DNA from: an uncultured Mageeibacillus sp.
GTDB taxonomy: Bacteria > Bacillota > Clostridia > Saccharofermentanales > Saccharofermentanaceae
DNA length: 64,000 nucleotides
Assembly (NCBI GenBank): GCA_964579245.1
Contig: CAZOFY010000002.1
Coordinates: forward strand, 5,081-69,080
Reading direction: 5' to 3'
Part shown: in pieces, positions 18,222 to 27,221 of the stretch
How positions within the stretch are numbered: the first letter of the stretch is position 1
Layout of the letters: each line of letters opens with the position of its first letter
Notes under the pieces: model-generated
Seen by the model: the letters and a program-made list of their open reading frames with translations, nothing else
The model's database searches: none
What the model was told of the DNA's origin: nothing
Translations under genes and position numbers: made by a program

Positions 18222-19226
18222 TCATGTAGGATAATCATAAGGGCATTCGATAAAGAAGGATGACCAATTATGGTCAAGGAAAAAGAAAGAGTCCGATCGG
18301 TTCAGATATATATCTGATACATATCCCTTTGTATCGGGTATCGGATCGTTCCAGGTCGTGTCGAGATGGTACCATGTGCCATCAATCCGAACCTGATTCC
18401 AAGCATGAAGTTGCTGTCTTCCATTCGAGCTTGTTGCGTATCCGGAGATGATTTTGGATTCAATTCCCGACATTGTAAGCAATAATGCGGTGGCTTCCGC
18501 ATATCCCTGGCATTGTCCCTTTCCATCGAGCAACACGCTGTCAGCCGTCGAAAGATATGCGCTCTCGCCCTCTTCGGTATATTGACTGTTCATTACGATA
18601 TAATCATGAATAGCAATTTCTTTCTGAAGTTCTGTCATCTCTTGCGTAATAATGCTCGCAAGTATCTCTTGAGCTTTATGATACAGGTCCGCAGTTTCGG
18701 TCGATAGGAATACCATTTCCCCGCCTGCCTTGAGCTTGGAAATAATTTCACCGGTCGAATCGTGATGAATCGACAATCTGATTGTGCATGGAGTCCGGTC
18801 GTTGTATTCAATCTGAACATTTCCTTTGACAAATACCGAATGAAGAGCGCCTGCATCGGCCAGCTCCTGCCAATAGGTGCGAAACAAATCGATATTCTCA
18901 ATCTGTATATATGCCTCTTCCGAAAATGAATAAAGAAATTCCTGATAAGTAAAAAATAAATCCTGACTGCTGCCGACCTCCTGGACGTCTTTAGGAGCCA
19001 GCAAAGATACCGGTTTATCCAGTTTATTCGCTTCCTCCGCCATTACCTGCATTAGATATTCGCTGTATGAGGGGGACGGCTTCACCATGTCCATACAAGA
19101 ACCAAGAAGAAGAGAGGTACACAGTAAGATGAGCAAAAGCAAGCGCGGCAAATAACGCTTAGGTTCAAAGGCTCGGCGCTTACAGTTGCCTGTGCTATTT
19201 AATTGCCTTGTTAATCGCTCCTCCAA
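18222..19226 (-). CDS. Transglutaminase-like cysteine protease-fold lipoprotein
   Basis: Lipobox LLLGSC. Transglutaminase core Cys (GQCQGYAEATALLL), His (HAWNQV) and Asp (YHLDTTW). Only a TTG start is available upstream of the signal peptide. Confidence 0.75.
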   Translation of the reverse strand: MEERLTRQLNSTGNCKRRAFEPKRYLPRLLLLILLCTSLLLGSCMDMVKPSPSYSEYLMQVMAEEANKLDKPVSLLAPKDVQEVGSSQDLFFTYQEFLYSFSEEAYIQIENIDLFRTYWQELADAGALHSVFVKGNVQIEYNDRTPCTIRLSIHHDSTGEIISKLKAGGEMVFLSTETADLYHKAQEILASIITQEMTELQKEIAIHDYIVMNSQYTEEGESAYLSTADSVLLDGKGQCQGYAEATALLLTMSGIESKIISGYATSSNGRQQLHAWNQVRIDGTWYHLDTTWNDPIPDTKGYVSDIYLNRSDSFFFLDHNWSSFFIECPYDYPT

Positions 19227-19321
19227 GATATACCGCCCACTTCATAACATAGTGCCATAAGAATATCATATATGCGGCAATAATGCGGGCTCTTCTGTGA
19301 AAGATTTTGAAAACAGAATCA

Positions 19322-21196
19322 TCAGGGAAGCTCTACCGGCCTCTGTGATTCATACACGTAAGACAAGGAAAACAGTCTCGATAAATCAGTGTTTCTTAGT
19401 GTTGCTCCATTCAGCATGATCCGATCCAGATATAAATAATTCGATCCGAATGTATAATATGGCGAAGGACCTACCCCGAAGAAAATTCGGAAACCCGATT
19501 CCTTTAGATATACGCAGCGTGGATCAGAGCCCTTGATAAAATCACCGTTGGGATACACAAGGATCTCAACATCTCCTAGAAGGGTTCCGATCTGGGACAT
19601 CCATTTTTCTGTATCAGTCTGAATAACATCCATTTCGCAGCTATTCGCATTGATGAAACCATAGGTCGAGGACCCAAATATCCAGCCAGTATCTTCGAGA
19701 ACATCTACGATCATTGATACGGTCTCTTGATTCTGCCGTATTTCTTCCGTTGATAAACTAACCTGCGCAAATCCATTGGCAGCAAGCGCTGTGTTACGGT
19801 CATCTATCTGGTCCTTATCCGTAATATACCCCATCGTTGTTTCATATCCTGAAAAGGAGATGATGCCCTTTGCTCCGTCAAACGAGAAATCGGGATGTAA
19901 TTCAACAAAGGAGTCTAAAATACCAATCGCCTCAGCACCCCGACTGACTATCGTCTGTCCTGACGCATTCTGATACTCACCGGCAACATTTCCGTTCTCA
20001 TCAATTACAAGACGGCTGCACGTTCCCATCCCCTTCAGATATGCCGAGTAATTGACATCCTCCAGAATAATCACGACAGGCTTCTTTCCTTCCGGCAGAC
20101 GAAGTGACTGCTGCTCGACCGAGAATAAATTCGTCCTGTCTGTCATTGAACGAACATCAACCAGGATAAAATCTTTCTCATACAATTGCTCCAGGATTTT
20201 CTGAAACTCGCCGGCAGTCAACTTTATACTGTCAGCCTTTATTGCTTGATCTCCGGAAAAAGCTTGTACCGGATCCACAATCAAAGGCTTGACACAGAGC
20301 ACTTCCACACTCCCTTTATACTCAACAACCAGGGATGTATTAGAGGTTGCCTCAAGAAGCTTGGCTTGAACCTTCTGATCATCGGGAAAGATTCTTGCCA
20401 TATCAGACAGGATTTCCTCTGCCGTATAGTATCGAAAGGTTTTCAGAAGGTGATCGCATTCTTCCATAATCGGTTCATACATTTCTTTCTCACAGCTCTG
20501 AAGACGTCGCCGGGCGTACTCGTTTACGAATCCCTTCGTTCGGCTGATCAAATCTTCATAGATTTCGGCGGCCAAAATATAGGACTTTGACTCAAAATAG
20601 TCCTCTGCATCCAGTATGTCTCCTCTGGACTTTTCGATCAAATCGAGTTCATTTACCAAGGGTTTGGCGGCGGCCGCAACATTCTGATAATCTGATACCT
20701 GATTTAACACAAAAGTTATGGTCGGTTTTTCTATCGTTCCAAGTAGAAATTCCTCGCAAATCTGGTTGAGCCAGACTGTCAGACGAGCACCGGTAAGTTC
20801 GCCCATTTGCTCTAGGAAGGCCCGGTCATCGGCATTCGGAGAATATTTCTCCTGCCGGATACGGTTAAGAATCCCGTCACACCTTGAAAAAACGATTTGT
20901 TCCATCTCTTGCAAGACGGTTTTTTCTCTTTCAAGCCCCTGTAAATCATTCGGATCCTTGGTGAGGATCTCGGCTTGAATGTCACGATAGGTCTCGAGTG
21001 CAGACTCGTACTCAGCGGCGTCGATTGCACTCTGAAATGTACTCAGTCTGGATGCAACTTGATTGTTGTACAGAGAGATCCACGCAAAAATAATAACGGC
21101 AGCAATCATTGCTCCGAGATAAACGAACATCAGTATTTTTCGGGATAACGATCCGGATTGATCCGGTCGGTTTCCGAAATAATACTCCCTTGGCAT
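19322..21196 (-). CDS. Membrane-anchored protein of unknown function (long helical region plus a possible degenerate polysaccharide-deacetylase-like C-terminal domain)
   Basis: One N-terminal TM helix (ILMFVYLGAMIAAVIIFAWISL). The C-terminal half has weak NodB-like remnants (VVIILEDVNYS, LVYPNGD) but no intact metal-binding motif. Its ATG lies 1 nt after the parC stop. Confidence 0.4.
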   Translation of the reverse strand: MPREYYFGNRPDQSGSLSRKILMFVYLGAMIAAVIIFAWISLYNNQVASRLSTFQSAIDAAEYESALETYRDIQAEILTKDPNDLQGLEREKTVLQEMEQIVFSRCDGILNRIRQEKYSPNADDRAFLEQMGELTGARLTVWLNQICEEFLLGTIEKPTITFVLNQVSDYQNVAAAAKPLVNELDLIEKSRGDILDAEDYFESKSYILAAEIYEDLISRTKGFVNEYARRRLQSCEKEMYEPIMEECDHLLKTFRYYTAEEILSDMARIFPDDQKVQAKLLEATSNTSLVVEYKGSVEVLCVKPLIVDPVQAFSGDQAIKADSIKLTAGEFQKILEQLYEKDFILVDVRSMTDRTNLFSVEQQSLRLPEGKKPVVIILEDVNYSAYLKGMGTCSRLVIDENGNVAGEYQNASGQTIVSRGAEAIGILDSFVELHPDFSFDGAKGIISFSGYETTMGYITDKDQIDDRNTALAANGFAQVSLSTEEIRQNQETVSMIVDVLEDTGWIFGSSTYGFINANSCEMDVIQTDTEKWMSQIGTLLGDVEILVYPNGDFIKGSDPRCVYLKESGFRIFFGVGPSPYYTFGSNYLYLDRIMLNGATLRNTDLSRLFSLSYVYESQRPVELP

Positions 21197-21197
21197 A

Positions 21198-23459
21198 TTA
21201 TGTCTCCCCTAAAGTAATCTGTCGATTTGTGATAGTTTGTTCCTTGATATAGTATCCGATTGCCGGTGTTCTTCGAACACGATAATATTCGGGTTCGGAA
21301 AACCCTGACTCTGAAAGCCGAACAACAGAAGTCAATATGCTGCCCTTCTTCGCTGTCATAACCTGTACACCCTGTGTTGAGCGGGTTGTTTTCATGGGTA
21401 TCAGGGATGTCGAGAAGGTAATGGCCTTTCCAACGCTGGAAAAAGCAGCAAAGTCCTCGTCGTCTGTCAGATAATGAATTGCGACGATTGGAGAAGCCTC
21501 ACAGCAGGCATGAATAAGCTTCTTTCTATTCGTCTTTGTCTCGTACGACTTCAAGAGAACGCGCGAAATCTTGCCGTTCTGGTAAGAGAACATGATCTCA
21601 CCGGAATAATCCTCCGTGATATGCATGAAGAGAATCCGTTCTCCTTCCTCCATGTTCAGAACATTGGGAAGATATCCGCCGAGTTCAGACGGTTTGTTGT
21701 CTGAAAGCTCAAAAGCCCGCATTTTATAAACATTGCAGTGGTCGGAAAAGAACAGAACGTCACTTTTATTCTTTCCTTCCAACTCAAGAACAATATTATC
21801 CTCTTCTTTGGTCTTCAACTCGCCCGCGCTGCGCAATGAAGTAAGCGGGATCTTCTTGATGTAGCCATGCTCCGTCAGGAACAGCTTCAAGCGATAATCC
21901 TCAATCATATTGTCTTCTGTGAAGCTGATAGCCTCATCGACGTGCAGGATCTCACTTCTGCGCTCCTGTCCGAATTTCTTGATAATGCCCTCCAACGTTT
22001 TAATAATCAGTGCATCGATACGATGCGGTTTTCTCAGAATATCTTCCAGATCCGATATTTCTTTGATCAGATTATCGCGGTCAGCAATCCGATTCATGAT
22101 GTATTGCTTATTAATGTTTCTCAGCTTAATCTCAGCGACATATTCGGCCTGTAATGCATCGATATCAAACCCGTTCATCAGGTTCGGTATAACCATTTCT
22201 TCAAGCTCTGTATTCCTGATAATAGATATCGCCTTATCAATATCAAGAAGAATCTTCGAAAGACCGTTCAATAGGTGAAGCCGGTCCTGCTTCTTATTCA
22301 GATCAAACAGGACCTCTCTCTTCTGACAGGACCTGCGCCATACAATCCATTCCGCAAGAAGACCGCGAACACCGAGGACACGAGGCATTCCGTTGATTAA
22401 TACATTGAAATTGCATGAGAACGTATCCTGAAGCTTTGTGAAGCGATATAGCTTGGTCATAAGCGAATCCATATCTGTTCCTCGCTTACACTCGATTGCA
22501 ATCGTCAATCCGTCGAGATCCGTTTCATCACGGACATCGCTGACCTCCTTGATCTTACCGGATCGAACCAACTCGCTAATCTCATCGATAATGGCTTCAA
22601 CTGTTGTGGAATAAGGGATCTCATATACTTCGATCATGTTGTTTTTCTTGTCGATTCGATACTTAGCCCGAATTCTGACAGGCCCTCTGCCAGTATCGTA
22701 TATCTGCTGCATCTCAGCCCGATCATAAAGAATAATGCCACCGCCTGAAAAATCGGGAGCGGGCATGATATCCAGCAAATCAGCCATGGGGTCCTTCATA
22801 TAGGCAATCGTTGCCTCGCACACTTCACGAATATTAAAGGAACAAATATTGCTGGCCATTCCTACCGCAATTCCTTGATTGCTATTGACCAATATTGTTG
22901 GAAAAGACGCCGGTAAGAGTACCGGTTCCTTCATGCTTCCGTCATAATTATCAATAAAATCAGTCGCATTCTTATCCATACCTCGAAAAATCTCTTCGCA
23001 GAGCTTATCGAGTCGCACCTCTGTATATCTGGCGGCGGCGAATTGCATATCACGGGAGTATTGCCGGCCAAAATTGCCCTTTGAGTCAACAAACGGATGT
23101 AGCAGCGACCCGTTGCCGCGTGTCAAGCGCACCATAGTCTCATATATAGCCATGTCTCCATGCGGGTTCAGCTTCATTGTCTGGCCGACAACATTAGCTG
23201 ACTTCGTACGATTTCCGTTCAGAAGCCCCATTTTGTACATAGTATACAGAAGCTTGCGATGGGACGGCTTGAATCCATCAATTTCCGGTATGGCACGCGA
23301 TACGATGACACTCATCGCATACGGCATATAATTGATTTCAAGGGTATCCGTAATTTGCTGGTCAACGAAAGGATGTTCAACCTTCTCCGTTGTTTTCTCA
23401 GAAGATGTCGTCTTTCCCTTTGTTATTCCCGGCTTTGTATTATCGTCCTTACTCTTCAT
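21198..23459 (-). CDS. parC: Type IIA topoisomerase subunit A, topoisomerase IV ParC-like
   Basis: Cleavage-religation domain (DGFKPSHRKLLY, active-site AARYTE). 753 aa and I found no GyrA-box (QRRGGKG), which favours ParC over GyrA. Confidence 0.75.
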   Translation of the reverse strand: MKSKDDNTKPGITKGKTTSSEKTTEKVEHPFVDQQITDTLEINYMPYAMSVIVSRAIPEIDGFKPSHRKLLYTMYKMGLLNGNRTKSANVVGQTMKLNPHGDMAIYETMVRLTRGNGSLLHPFVDSKGNFGRQYSRDMQFAAARYTEVRLDKLCEEIFRGMDKNATDFIDNYDGSMKEPVLLPASFPTILVNSNQGIAVGMASNICSFNIREVCEATIAYMKDPMADLLDIMPAPDFSGGGIILYDRAEMQQIYDTGRGPVRIRAKYRIDKKNNMIEVYEIPYSTTVEAIIDEISELVRSGKIKEVSDVRDETDLDGLTIAIECKRGTDMDSLMTKLYRFTKLQDTFSCNFNVLINGMPRVLGVRGLLAEWIVWRRSCQKREVLFDLNKKQDRLHLLNGLSKILLDIDKAISIIRNTELEEMVIPNLMNGFDIDALQAEYVAEIKLRNINKQYIMNRIADRDNLIKEISDLEDILRKPHRIDALIIKTLEGIIKKFGQERRSEILHVDEAISFTEDNMIEDYRLKLFLTEHGYIKKIPLTSLRSAGELKTKEEDNIVLELEGKNKSDVLFFSDHCNVYKMRAFELSDNKPSELGGYLPNVLNMEEGERILFMHITEDYSGEIMFSYQNGKISRVLLKSYETKTNRKKLIHACCEASPIVAIHYLTDDEDFAAFSSVGKAITFSTSLIPMKTTRSTQGVQVMTAKKGSILTSVVRLSESGFSEPEYYRVRRTPAIGYYIKEQTITNRQITLGET

Positions 23460-23488
23460 TTGTTACTCCCGAATCTACGTTTGAATCC

Positions 23489-25474
23489 TCAACCCACGTC
23501 CATCATTTCCAGATAAAGGTGACCATTTTTCTCAATATGTGCCTTTCTTCCGGCCAGATTGTCACCAAGTAGAAGATCGAACACTTCTGAGGTCAGCTTC
23601 TCATCAGACGGCAGCACCTTAATCAGTCGACGAGTAGCGGGATTCATTGTTGTTTCCCACATCATTTCCGGTTCATTCTCGCCGAGACCTTTTGAACGTT
23701 GAATCGTTAAATGCTCGGGAGAGTATTTAGCCATGATTTCTGCTTTTTCTTTCTCCGTAAATGCAAATAGGGTCTCCTCTGTCTTCTTGAAACGATAAGT
23801 AATCTCAAACAGAGGCGACTCCGCGATATAAACCTTCCCCTCTTTAATCAAGGTTGGTGTTAATCGATAGAGCATCGCTAAGATCAGGGTCCGGATCTGA
23901 TATCCGTCAACATCGGCGTCTGTGCAGATTATGACCTTGTTCCAACGAAGCTGATCGAGCACAAACGAAGATAAATCCTTATTATGCTTCGACTGGATCT
24001 CAACGCCGCATCCCAGAACCTTCAGTAAATCGACGATGATATCGCTTTTAAAAATGATATCATAATCGGACTTCAGGCAATTCAGAATCTTACCGCGAAC
24101 CGGCATGATCGCCTGAAACTCCGAATCCCGGCCCATCTTACAAGAGCCTAATGCGGAGTCTCCCTCAACAATATAGAGCTCACGGGCCGATACATCCCGC
24201 GTACGGCAATCGACAAATTTCTTCACACGATTATTGATATCAATAGAACCCATCAGCTTCTTTTTGACATTCAATCGCGTTTTCTCGGCGTTTTCACGAC
24301 TCCGCTTGTTGATGAGGAGCTGCTCAATCACGCGATCTGCATCCGACTTATTTTCAATAAACCAGATTTCCATTTTCTCCCGGATCAAATCGTTCATGAA
24401 TTCCTGAATAAACTTGTTATTGATTGCCTTCTTCGTCTGATTCTCATAGCTTGTTTGTGTGGAGAAAGAACTGGTCACCAGAATCAAACTGTCGGCGATA
24501 TCCTGAAAAGTTATCTTGCTTTCACCTGACTTGTACTTGTCCCGCAAGCGTATCTGTCTGTCGATCTCCGCTGTCAGCGCGTAGCGTACAGCCTTATCGG
24601 GCGCACCGCCGTGTTCGAGAAAGCTGGAGTTGTGATAATACTCAATGACATTCACTTCATTGTTGAAGCAGAAAGCGATTTGCGAACGCACCTTGTACTC
24701 CGGTTTATCGTCCCTGTCACGGCCGCGTCCGGTGTTCTCGAAGGAGTAAGGCTTGGAGATACCCTTGCCCTCATCCATCTCCTCAACATATCCCAGAATA
24801 CCCTGCGGATAACAAAACGTCAGTACTTCCCCTGACTCTTCGTCAGTCAGAGTAAATGTGACACCGCTGTTTACGACGGCTTGCCTCTTGATAATCTGTA
24901 CAAAGGTCTCATGGGGAATTTTGATTTCCGTAAAAACCTGTCGATCCGGCTTCCATTTCTGTATCGTACCCGTTCGCTTAAAGCGTGTGGGTTCCTTCTG
25001 AAGTCCACCGACATTCTCGCCCTTCTCGAAATGAAGCGAATATTTGAATCCGTCTCGAAAAACCTGAACGTCAAAATATTCGGAGGCATATTGCGTCGCG
25101 CAAGCGCCAAGTCCGTTCAGTCCCAAACTGAATTCATAATTCTCTCCGGAATTGTTGTTATATTTTCCTCCGGCATAAAGCTCACAGTACACGAGCTCCC
25201 AATTGAACCGGTCTTCCTTGGTATTATAATCCAGAGGTATTCCCCGGCCATAATCTTCCACCTGAATAGAACCGTCGGCAAAGCGAACGATATCAATCTT
25301 ATCTCCGTGTCCTTCTCTTGCTTCGTCAATTGAATTCGAGAGAATCTCGAAAAAAGAGTGCTCACAGCCTTCCAGTCCATCGGATCCAAAAATGACACCG
25401 GGACGCTTCCTGACGCGGTCCGCACCCTTCAGTGAAGAAATACTTTCATTGTCATATGTTGACTTTCTTGTCAT
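23489..25474 (-). CDS. parE: Type IIA topoisomerase subunit B, topoisomerase IV ParE-like
   Basis: GHKL ATPase and TOPRIM motifs (LEGCEHSFFEILSNSIDEA, GLNGLGA, EGDSALGS, PVRGKILN, DADVDGYQIR). Start moved from TTG 25516 to ATG 25474 (MTRKSTYDN) because a TATAAT box (25505-25510) lies inside the extension. Confidence 0.8.
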   Translation of the reverse strand: MTRKSTYDNESISSLKGADRVRKRPGVIFGSDGLEGCEHSFFEILSNSIDEAREGHGDKIDIVRFADGSIQVEDYGRGIPLDYNTKEDRFNWELVYCELYAGGKYNNNSGENYEFSLGLNGLGACATQYASEYFDVQVFRDGFKYSLHFEKGENVGGLQKEPTRFKRTGTIQKWKPDRQVFTEIKIPHETFVQIIKRQAVVNSGVTFTLTDEESGEVLTFCYPQGILGYVEEMDEGKGISKPYSFENTGRGRDRDDKPEYKVRSQIAFCFNNEVNVIEYYHNSSFLEHGGAPDKAVRYALTAEIDRQIRLRDKYKSGESKITFQDIADSLILVTSSFSTQTSYENQTKKAINNKFIQEFMNDLIREKMEIWFIENKSDADRVIEQLLINKRSRENAEKTRLNVKKKLMGSIDINNRVKKFVDCRTRDVSARELYIVEGDSALGSCKMGRDSEFQAIMPVRGKILNCLKSDYDIIFKSDIIVDLLKVLGCGVEIQSKHNKDLSSFVLDQLRWNKVIICTDADVDGYQIRTLILAMLYRLTPTLIKEGKVYIAESPLFEITYRFKKTEETLFAFTEKEKAEIMAKYSPEHLTIQRSKGLGENEPEMMWETTMNPATRRLIKVLPSDEKLTSEVFDLLLGDNLAGRKAHIEKNGHLYLEMMDVG

Positions 25475-25575
25475 GCTTCCATTCCTTTCGCCGCTTTCGC
25501 TCTGATTATAGCACAACGATCCATAGGGATATCTCTGACAAATTGAATCTTATCGACAAGATTTGTAATGAAGGA

Positions 25576-25617
25576 CATAAAGAAACCACATGTCATCTAT
25601 TCATCACATGTGGTTTC
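25576..25617 (-). terminator. Intrinsic terminator after the tRNA-Gly/tRNA-Arg pair
   Basis: Minus strand: GAAACCACATGT-12 nt loop-ACATGTGGTTTC followed by TTTAT. It starts 6 nt after the tRNA-Arg CCA end. Confidence 0.65.
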
Positions 25618-25623
25618 CTGTTG

Positions 25624-25700
25624 TGGTGAGCCTAGGGGGATTCGAACCTCCGACCCACAGCTTAGAAGGCTGTTGCTCTGTCCAGCTGAGCTATAGACCC
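25624..25700 (-). tRNA. tRNA-Arg (anticodon TCT), CCA encoded
   Basis: Minus strand GGGTCTATAGCTCAGCTGGACAGAGCAACAGCCTTCTAAGCTGTGGGTCGGAGGTTCGAATCCCCCTAGGCTCACCA. Folds as a cloverleaf with anticodon loop CTTCTAA. Confidence 0.93.
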
Positions 25701-25737
25701 ATTATGCGAATGGCGGTCGAAAGACCGCCATCGTTGT

Positions 25738-25811
25738 TGGAGCGGGTGATGGGAATCGAACCCACGTGATCAGCTTGGAAGGCTGGAGTTCTACCATTGA
25801 ACTACACCCGC
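25738..25811 (-). tRNA. tRNA-Gly (anticodon TCC), CCA encoded
   Basis: Minus strand GCGGGTGTAGTTCAATGGTAGAACTCCAGCCTTCCAAGCTGATCACGTGGGTTCGATTCCCATCACCCGCTCCA. Anticodon loop CTTCCAA. Confidence 0.93.
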
Positions 25812-25916
25812 ACATTCAAGTCGCTATGAGTATCACAGCGACTCAAAACTCGCTTTGCTATAATACAACAAGAAATTTGTCTTGTCTACCCCGAAATCTG
25901 AGACACGACAAAAAGA

Positions 25917-26354
25917 TTATGACTTGGTATCGGTGAGGTACTCTCCAAATACGAAGTACCCATCACTGAGCTTGTACCAGTTCGACTCCGTCTTGGCAAC
26001 AACAGTGACCTCCATGCCGTCAGTCAAAGCCGAGATCTGCTCATACTGCGTTCCCGGACCTGTGCGAACCTTCAAAAAATCTGACTTAAGCTTAACATAC
26101 ATCGTCTTCTGCGGATCGATGGGTGTTTCCTTCCAGGACTTCGGCGTCGTATTTGCTGCGATTGTGCCGGAGATCTGAGCCAAAGCCATAGTAGTCGTTG
26201 TCGCTTCTGTTGTTGTCTGAACAGACATAGTACTCTCTGCAGACGATGAGGCGGTCGTCTCATTCTTCTTGTCAGAACTGCATGCCGAAGACATTCCCGT
26301 CCCAATTACAAGCAAGGCAATGAGAATGACACTTATCAGTCGCTTCTGTTTCAT
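25917..26354 (-). CDS. SH3b-domain lipoprotein
   Basis: Lipobox (GTGMSSAC), a Ser/Thr-rich linker, and a C-terminal bacterial SH3 pattern (LKVRTGPGTQYEQISALTDGMEVTVVAKTESNWYKL). Confidence 0.7.
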   Translation of the reverse strand: MKQKRLISVILIALLVIGTGMSSACSSDKKNETTASSSAESTMSVQTTTEATTTTMALAQISGTIAANTTPKSWKETPIDPQKTMYVKLKSDFLKVRTGPGTQYEQISALTDGMEVTVVAKTESNWYKLSDGYFVFGEYLTDTKS

Positions 26355-26472
26355 TCCAAATTCCTCCTAAGTCAAGATCTTTCATACAAAAGCCGGCTTA
26401 TCCGACAAATATCAAACACTTTATATTATTATACCGCTTTTCCCGGTTTTCCATATTACTTTTTCATTAATC

Positions 26473-27087
26473 CTAGCGGATATTTCTGGCATCTGTCGGG
26501 AGCCATTGCGGATCATTGATCAAAGCATATATCTCATGATCGGTCCACTTGCCGTTGATACACATATATTGCCTGTTCAAGCCCTGCAAGCGAAATCCGC
26601 ATGTAAGCGCGGTATGTATTGAGCGCGTGTTGGGCGGCATGATGTCAGCTTGTATCCGGTGCAACTTCTGGACCTTGAACATATAATCACAGCCGGCGCT
26701 GAGAGCCTCCTTCATATAGCCTTTTCCAACCATATCCTGATCCAAATGATAGCCGACCAGGCAGGACTGTAATGCGCCTCGAATAATATGAGAGAACGAT
26801 AGTCGGCCTATAATGACGTCCGGTTTGGACTTCTCTGAAATCCAAAAGGGATATTGCATGTCATCCAGATATTTATGGAAGTCCGAACGAAGATAGATCC
26901 GCTGCCCGCGAACCGTAAAATACTCATCCTCCATAATCTGGTGAAATGGGGCATGAAACTCGCGGTTTTTGAGTAGATACGAAACGACACTATGCGCTTC
27001 GTTCGGTCGAACGACGCGCAGAAGAAGTCGATCCGTCTCCAGGCTGAAAGCATCGCGAATGATATGACCACGAGTTTTGAATTGCAT
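26473..27087 (-). CDS. GNAT N-acetyltransferase (RimJ/RimL-like)
   Basis: 204 aa. Pattern TDRLLLRVV...GYHLDQDMVGKGYMKEAL...LHRIQADIMPPNTRSIHTALTCGFRLQG is typical of the Acetyltransf_3 subfamily. Confidence 0.8.
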   Translation of the reverse strand: MQFKTRGHIIRDAFSLETDRLLLRVVRPNEAHSVVSYLLKNREFHAPFHQIMEDEYFTVRGQRIYLRSDFHKYLDDMQYPFWISEKSKPDVIIGRLSFSHIIRGALQSCLVGYHLDQDMVGKGYMKEALSAGCDYMFKVQKLHRIQADIMPPNTRSIHTALTCGFRLQGLNRQYMCINGKWTDHEIYALINDPQWLPTDARNIR

Positions 27088-27221
27088 GAGATCTTCCTCC
27101 TACACAAATCGAATTATATCACAGAGTGAATATCCGTCGCTTATCCCTCATACGGGCAATTGATGTATAATAGTGGCAAAACAAATCATTCAAATGGCTT
27201 TTCGAGCAGAAAGAGCGAAAT

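Noticed and set aside
21198-25474. Considered calling these genes gyrB/gyrA.
   Set aside because: Subunit A is short (753 aa) and I find no GyrA-box. The genes are not next to dnaA/dnaN/recF. ParE/ParC is more likely, but the call remains uncertain without phylogeny.
25710-25731. 9-bp hairpin (ATGGCGGTC-4 nt-GACCGCCAT) between tRNA-Gly and tRNA-Arg, considered as a terminator or ncRNA.
   Set aside because: There is no U-tract and it lies inside the 37-nt tRNA spacer. It is most likely a processing-related spacer structure.
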